64,000 nt of DNA from Paludibacteraceae bacterium. GTDB lineage: Bacteria > Bacteroidota > Bacteroidia > Bacteroidales > Paludibacteraceae. Each line of letters starts with the position of its first letter. Positions within the stretch are counted from its first letter, which is position 1. Made by a program: the position numbers and the translations under genes. Shown piece after piece: positions 58,756 to 64,000 of the stretch. The stretch is from assembly GCA_017647145.1 (NCBI GenBank), contig JAGCLD010000034.1:28838-92837 (forward strand), read 5' to 3'. A model generated the notes under the pieces. It worked only from the letters and a program-made list of their open reading frames with translations, did no database searches and was not told where the DNA came from.

Positions 58756-59633
58756 TGAAACGCACTTTGTTGATTATATGTGCATTACTGATATGCTTGG
58801 TGTCGTTTGCCGGCGACATTATGCATATCAGTATTACCTATGACTATATCTCTGATAACCCTAACGAAACACCCGAACAGGCAGAGCAAACGGCCATTCA
58901 AATGGCACAACAAAAGGCATTGGAGGAGCATTTTGGATTGGATGTAGTAGGTATTACGAGTACGATACAACGCAATCGCCAAGAGGGTCGGCAAGTTTCT
59001 TCTACATCGGATGTCTTTTCGTTGCGCGAAACATCGGTACGTGGCGAGTGGATAGAAACAACTTCACAGAAGGTTCTTGAGCAGACCTTTAAAAATGGCT
59101 TCTGGCATGTGAAGGTATATGTTGTAGGACGTGCGCGTAATCATTCTACGGATAAGCCAGCAATACAGTATGCGTTTATCAATAACGCCCATGACAAGCA
59201 AAGTCGGGATCAGTATTATGATGGTGATGACATATTCTTGCGCTTTACTTCACCTGTAAGTGGCGCATTGTGTGTTTATCTTGTTGACGCTGAGCAAAAT
59301 GCTTATTGTTTATTGCCTTATCAATCAAGTATTGTTGGGTATCAATCTATATATGCAAATCATGAATATATTTTCTTCTCCACATCTACTGACCTTAATG
59401 CTGATGAATATACCTTGAATACGAAGCAGAGTAGTGAACAGAATGCGTTGTATGTAGTTTTCTCTCCTAATACTTTTACCAAAGCAATAGACAAACAAGT
59501 AGGTAAGAACTGGCGCGATGAGCAATTGCCTCGCCAATTGACTTATGAGGAATTGATGAAATGGCTCGCAAAAAATCAAACCCGCGATGAAAATATGGTA
59601 GTACGTCGCGAGGTGATAACAATTCGAAAATAA
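58755..59633 (+). CDS. Secreted protein with an LPP20-like N-terminal region and a DUF4384-like C-terminal domain
   Basis: Signal peptide. The start overlaps the upstream stop (TAATG). YYDGDDIFLRFTSPVSGALCVYLVDAEQNAYCLLPY resembles DUF4384. Confidence 0.5.
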   Translation: MKRTLLIICALLICLVSFAGDIMHISITYDYISDNPNETPEQAEQTAIQMAQQKALEEHFGLDVVGITSTIQRNRQEGRQVSSTSDVFSLRETSVRGEWIETTSQKVLEQTFKNGFWHVKVYVVGRARNHSTDKPAIQYAFINNAHDKQSRDQYYDGDDIFLRFTSPVSGALCVYLVDAEQNAYCLLPYQSSIVGYQSIYANHEYIFFSTSTDLNADEYTLNTKQSSEQNALYVVFSPNTFTKAIDKQVGKNWRDEQLPRQLTYEELMKWLAKNQTRDENMVVRREVITIRK

Positions 59634-59669
59634 ATATTGAAAGTCTAATATATTTCTATTGTTAAATAT

Positions 59670-60407
59670 ATGAGTAGATTCATTTTTCTTTTGAGTTTCA
59701 TCTTTGCGACAATAGCGCTCTTGGCGGAAAATGTCACCAATGTTTATGTATGGCAGGAAGGTACAGAGATAATTATTACTTACGACTTGGATAAGGAAGC
59801 AGATATTACATTGTCTTACACAGTACAAGGAAGGACAATGCCAGAGCCTTATTCTGTATATGGTGATGTGGGAACTAATATAGCACCTGGTTCTAAAGAA
59901 ATTGTATGGAAAGTATTGGAAGATTTTGAAAGTTTTGAATACGAGGATGTTGTTTTTTATGTTAATGCTACGAAATCAACAAAACGGAAACTCCGTGAAC
60001 CTAAAAAATATTACATAGACCCATGGGGAGGAGCAGATTTTGGTATTGGAATAGCAGGAGATAAAGCATTTGGAGCTTTTGTTACTGGGTATATACCATT
60101 AGGAGTAAATCGTTTAAGTCTTGTCACAAATCTTCGTTTAACATACCCAGCCCCCAATGCGCCTGAAGCAGATATGTTAATTGCCTGTAATGTTGGACTT
60201 TCTGTAATGTTACGTCCAGGTATATGTGTATCTGTAGCTCCAGGAGTTGGAGTTGCCAAAGAACTTGACCCTTATAATTACGACTACTCATGGGGTGCTT
60301 GTTTCTCAATTGACATGGGTGTCGGACTTCTCATGAATGTGGTTAGTTTAACGATGCATTTGGCTTATCCGATTTTTTTTGGTCTTGGGTTGGGGTTTGG
60401 GATGTAG
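59670..60407 (+). CDS. Secreted protein: a shared N-terminal beta-sandwich-like domain plus a Gly-rich hydrophobic C-terminal tail
   Basis: Signal peptide. The N-terminal domain aligns with that of 63127..63858 (VTNV..QEG..I..YDL.K). The C-terminal 130 aa are G/A/V-rich and end in GLGLGFGM. Confidence 0.55.
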   Translation: MSRFIFLLSFIFATIALLAENVTNVYVWQEGTEIIITYDLDKEADITLSYTVQGRTMPEPYSVYGDVGTNIAPGSKEIVWKVLEDFESFEYEDVVFYVNATKSTKRKLREPKKYYIDPWGGADFGIGIAGDKAFGAFVTGYIPLGVNRLSLVTNLRLTYPAPNAPEADMLIACNVGLSVMLRPGICVSVAPGVGVAKELDPYNYDYSWGACFSIDMGVGLLMNVVSLTMHLAYPIFFGLGLGFGM

Positions 60408-60681
60408 TGTTGTGAGAATGTGTATAAATTATTATGGGTAAAATATATAAAATAAAAAGTGATTATTCCCCCTGTCGTGGTAATTAGATGATATCATAAT
60501 AAGTGTTTTTAACGTTGTTTATTCTTAGCATTGTTATATTTTTATATATGCCAATACTTTTGAGTGAAGAATAATGAAACATAACTTTTGATGCGCATTT
60601 AATCGTGTTCCTTAGTTGGATTGTAATGTAATAGATATAAAAAGGAAAATAAAAGAATGTAATTTATTAATATTAAACGTG

Positions 60682-61446
60682 ATGCCGGAAGAAAAGTTTA
60701 TATGTACAGACAAACTATATCACTATACAACATTTAATAGTGCCCTTAAGATTTTAATAACTCAAACACTTCAATTTAGTTATTTGGCTAATATGAACGA
60801 CATATATGAACAATCAAAACTTTTCTTTTACGCAGAGGATGCTCATCACAATGTAAGCAATTTTTTTGTCAAGGAAATAGCAAAGTATAAACAAATTAGT
60901 TTGACAGAAGATTCTCCACTAGATAATGGTAGAAAAGGTTTTGATATTCCTGCGATGTGGGCACATTATGCAGATAAAGGAAATGGTGTTTGCTTAGTGT
61001 TTGATAAAAAGAAATTGCTACGTCATGTTAGGTCTAATTGGTTAAACGGTCAAGTAAAATACATTAGAGAATTTGATAATAATATAGTTGCCTCGGAGGT
61101 TAAAACTAAACAAGATGTAGTTAATTTTATAAAAAATAAATCTAATGAAATTTTCCTTTGTAAATCTGAAGATTGGGCATACGAGCAAGAATTTCGAATA
61201 GTAGCTAAAACTTCAGTCAGAGCATTAGATGTGTCGGACTGTATAATGTGCGTATTAATCATGGAGAGAACATTTGAAGAATTAGAACAACGTAAAAACA
61301 TTTTTTCAAAAGTAGGCTATAGTGCATATCAATGTTCAAATTTTTTAGGAAACATTTTGATTAAGGATGGAGAAAATCAAATCTATCCTAACCATAATAT
61401 AGAAATTGATTTGTCAGAAACCCCCAATACTAATAATTATGACTAG
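60682..61446 (+). CDS. DUF2971-like cytoplasmic protein
   Basis: Start refined to ATG at 60682. LYHYTTFNSALKILITQTLQFSYLANMNDIYE resembles the DUF2971 N-terminal signature. No signal peptide. Very AT-rich. Confidence 0.55.
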   Translation: MPEEKFICTDKLYHYTTFNSALKILITQTLQFSYLANMNDIYEQSKLFFYAEDAHHNVSNFFVKEIAKYKQISLTEDSPLDNGRKGFDIPAMWAHYADKGNGVCLVFDKKKLLRHVRSNWLNGQVKYIREFDNNIVASEVKTKQDVVNFIKNKSNEIFLCKSEDWAYEQEFRIVAKTSVRALDVSDCIMCVLIMERTFEELEQRKNIFSKVGYSAYQCSNFLGNILIKDGENQIYPNHNIEIDLSETPNTNNYD

Positions 61447-63100
61447 GATTTACCTTATTTTAACTTGTATATTTAATGTGGTTGTTTTATTAGCACAGTC
61501 AAATGCAAGTCAACCGATGAATTTTTATATTGTAAAAGAAATTATCCCTGCTGTTTTGGATGTAATTCCGGGTACTTTAGAATTTGTAGATCAAGACAAC
61601 AACAATGTGATTGATGCCAATGAGACTTGTAAAATTCGTTTTCAAATATCGAATACAGGTCGTGGAGAAGGCTATGGATGCGTGGCACGCACGACTTTCA
61701 CCGGTACTACTCAAGGTGTTTCCATTTCTGATGTTAATCTTCCTATAATTCCTGTGGGTGGTAAACAATGGGTGGAAGTTCCAATTAGAACAAATTCATT
61801 CACTCAAACCGGAGAGATAGCATTGACAATCGTAGTTGATGAACCTAACGGTTTTGGTACAGATCCAATAAAATCTACCATAGGCACACATGAACTAAAA
61901 ACCCCTTACATAAGTATTGTCAGCCACCATTTATCTGGAGTCCAATCAGGAATAGTTGAAAAAAGAAAACCATTTAACTTGCAGATAATTGTGCAAAACA
62001 CAGATCAAGGTTTAGGAGAAGATATAAATGTTAATATTAAATTACCAGAAACGATTAAACGTTATGGTGGTGCAGGAGAAAATATCGTTATTCCAAGTTT
62101 AAAAGCAGGTGAAAGTCGTACTTTTGAATATGAACTTATCGCTAACCAAGAAGCGGCTGAACAAATGAATATACAAATTGCACTATCCGAGAAACATGGT
62201 AGATATGCCAAAAGTGCTGATATTCCACTTAAATTTGGTCAGCACATTGGTGGTAACATAGTGATGAATGTGGAGAGAAATGACCATGAGGTTGAAATTC
62301 AAGAAGTGTCGTTAATCTCCAAGGTTGATAAAGATATACCCGTTACCAATAAGAAGAACTCCAATACTTTTGCTGTAATTATTGCTAATGAAGATTATCA
62401 ATCGGTGGCAGATGTTCCATTTGCACTCAATGATGGTAATATATTCCGTGAGTATTGTTTAAAAACACTGGGCATACCAGAAAAACAGATAAAATATATA
62501 CCTAACGCTACCGGCAATCAAATCAAAGCGCAAGTAGGGTGGCTGAAAACTATTTGTGAAGTGTTTGGAGAAGATGCACAAATCATTTTCTACTATTCCG
62601 GACATGGTATCCCTGACGAAAGAAATAAAACCGCATATTTATTACCTGTAGATGGTATAGGTACTGATGTTACAACAGGATATAAGTTGGATGACCTTTA
62701 TACAGCATTAGGAAATATACCATCTAAGAATGTGACGGTATTTATGGATGCATGTTTCTCCGGAAATACACGTAAAGACGGAAAGGAGATGTTGGTAGCA
62801 GCCAAAGGTGTAGCAATAAAGACACGTAGCGGCATGCCCCAGGGTAACATGGTTGTGTTCTCCGCTGCACAAGGTGATGAGACCGCATATCCAGATTACG
62901 AAGAGAAGCATGGTATGTTTACATATTATCTTCTTAAGAAATTGCAAGAGACTGAGGGATATGTTACTCTACAAGAACTTGGAGAGTTTATCATTGAGAA
63001 TGTTCGTAAAAAGTCAGTGGTCAATGGTAAACTTCAGACTCCATGCGTTACACCATCGGCTTCATTGGATGCTTCATGGAGAGGGTGGAAGTTGAAATAG
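61439..63100 (+). CDS. Secreted caspase-family (peptidase C14) protein with two CARDB/Ig-like N-terminal domains
   Basis: Start refined to MTRIYLILTCIFNVVVLLAQS, with an 8-nt overlap with the upstream gene. Catalytic dyad context YYSGHG and FMDACFSG (DxCxSG). Confidence 0.75.
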   Translation: MTRIYLILTCIFNVVVLLAQSNASQPMNFYIVKEIIPAVLDVIPGTLEFVDQDNNNVIDANETCKIRFQISNTGRGEGYGCVARTTFTGTTQGVSISDVNLPIIPVGGKQWVEVPIRTNSFTQTGEIALTIVVDEPNGFGTDPIKSTIGTHELKTPYISIVSHHLSGVQSGIVEKRKPFNLQIIVQNTDQGLGEDINVNIKLPETIKRYGGAGENIVIPSLKAGESRTFEYELIANQEAAEQMNIQIALSEKHGRYAKSADIPLKFGQHIGGNIVMNVERNDHEVEIQEVSLISKVDKDIPVTNKKNSNTFAVIIANEDYQSVADVPFALNDGNIFREYCLKTLGIPEKQIKYIPNATGNQIKAQVGWLKTICEVFGEDAQIIFYYSGHGIPDERNKTAYLLPVDGIGTDVTTGYKLDDLYTALGNIPSKNVTVFMDACFSGNTRKDGKEMLVAAKGVAIKTRSGMPQGNMVVFSAAQGDETAYPDYEEKHGMFTYYLLKKLQETEGYVTLQELGEFIIENVRKKSVVNGKLQTPCVTPSASLDASWRGWKLK

Positions 63101-63126
63101 ATAAAAAATCATTAATACTTCATTTT

Positions 63127-63858
63127 ATGCGGAAGATATATGTTTTAATTTTGTTGCTTTTCTCAACATTATTTGTGATGGCTCAAGAATATGTCACAAA
63201 TGTTCGTGCATTGCAAGAGGGTCAGAAAATAGTGCTATTGTACGATTTGACTAAAGATACTTATATCCGTCAAGTAAATATGAGGGTGGATGGAACGCAA
63301 AGGTGTATTCCTATGTATAGTCTAAAAGGTGATGTGGATAAACTGATTAGTGCCGGAAAGAATAAGCGTATCGAATATGATGTGTTGTTAGATTATGCAG
63401 GCGGTTTTCGTGCAGAGAATGTAGTTTTTGAAATACAATCTATATTGTCAGACTATGTTGATTTAGGCTTACCGAGTGGTACATTGTGGAAAAACGCCAA
63501 TGAAGGTGGAGATAATGCTCGTTATACTTATGATGAAGCGGTAAGTGAATTTGGTAATAAATTGCCGACTAAGCGACAGTTACAAGAACTTATAAATAAA
63601 TGTACTTGGAAATGGACACAAAATGGGGTAAAGGGATATAAGGTGACGGGACCCAATGGGAATAGCATCTTTTTGCCGGCTGTGGGTTACCGCGATTGCG
63701 AGGTCGGTGTGCGCTACATAGGTACGTACGGCTACTATTTGTCGTCCACTCCTCGCGCTTATGAATCCGCGTGGAGCCTCTACTTCGATTCGAGTGGGGT
63801 CGACATGGACTACGGCGAGCGCTGCGACGGGCTCTCCGTGCGTTTAGTCCAGAATTAA
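63127..63858 (+). CDS. Secreted protein: the shared N-terminal domain plus a FISUMP/DUF1566-like C-terminal domain
   Basis: Start refined to MRKIYVLILLLFSTLFVMAQE. C-terminal LPSGTLW...LPTKRQLQEL...GYYLSST...LSVRLVQN. Confidence 0.6.
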   Translation: MRKIYVLILLLFSTLFVMAQEYVTNVRALQEGQKIVLLYDLTKDTYIRQVNMRVDGTQRCIPMYSLKGDVDKLISAGKNKRIEYDVLLDYAGGFRAENVVFEIQSILSDYVDLGLPSGTLWKNANEGGDNARYTYDEAVSEFGNKLPTKRQLQELINKCTWKWTQNGVKGYKVTGPNGNSIFLPAVGYRDCEVGVRYIGTYGYYLSSTPRAYESAWSLYFDSSGVDMDYGERCDGLSVRLVQN

Positions 63859-64000
63859 TAAAATTTCGCAAGGCGCGTATGCGCTCAGTGAAATTTGTGA
63901 GCATAAATCTTCTCGATTTTGTCCGAGGCTTTGCCGTGACAAAAGCAAGTTGTTTTTTTAGGAGGATAAGTGGTGGGTGTGGGAGGCACGGGTGCGGATG

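Noticed and set aside
59670-60407. A 245-aa protein next to a caspase-like protease, considered as a bacterial gasdermin with its activating protease
   Set aside because: Both proteins carry N-terminal signal peptides, whereas gasdermin systems act from the cytoplasm. The N-terminal domain is a shared beta-sandwich-like module that is also present on the FISUMP-like protein. Nothing in the sequence resembles a gasdermin.

Overview
This window looks like a chromosomal segment of a Bacteroidota genome, probably Bacteroidales or Prevotellaceae-like. The evidence is TAnnTTTG -7 promoter boxes in front of many genes, a T9SS C-terminal sorting domain, the Na+-NQR and KorAB genes, and many lipoproteins. 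Most of it is conserved housekeeping: pheS, folD, ffh, korAB, ettA, mutY, tRNA-Arg(UCU), rfbD, floA-nfeD, uvrA, phoH, hup, rng, gcvT, pepT, mtgA, dnaE and nqrABCDEF. Between these lie accessory blocks: a cupin, DUF4252-like and secreted arginine-deiminase-like block, a GH43 gene, a BspA-type LRR T9SS protein, a lipoprotein island at 47.2-50.3 kb, and an envelope-targeted caspase-like operon at 58.1-63.9 kb. RNA and regulatory elements readable from the sequence are a TPP riboswitch ahead of a TonB-dependent receptor, a promoter-driven rod-shaped sRNA of about 190 nt with 6S-RNA architecture, a terminator-capped leader of about 340 nt ahead of the caspase operon, and an ORF for a 29-aa highly basic (bS22-like) peptide that is too short for the ORF track. 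The most unusual signal is a family of six intergenic tandem arrays with a strict 11-bp period. They are built from ordered modules with variable copy number and share a single-copy junction unit. Two of them face outward on either side of the nqr operon. No transposase, integrase, CRISPR array or rRNA was seen. All family assignments come from motif recognition by eye, not from searches.
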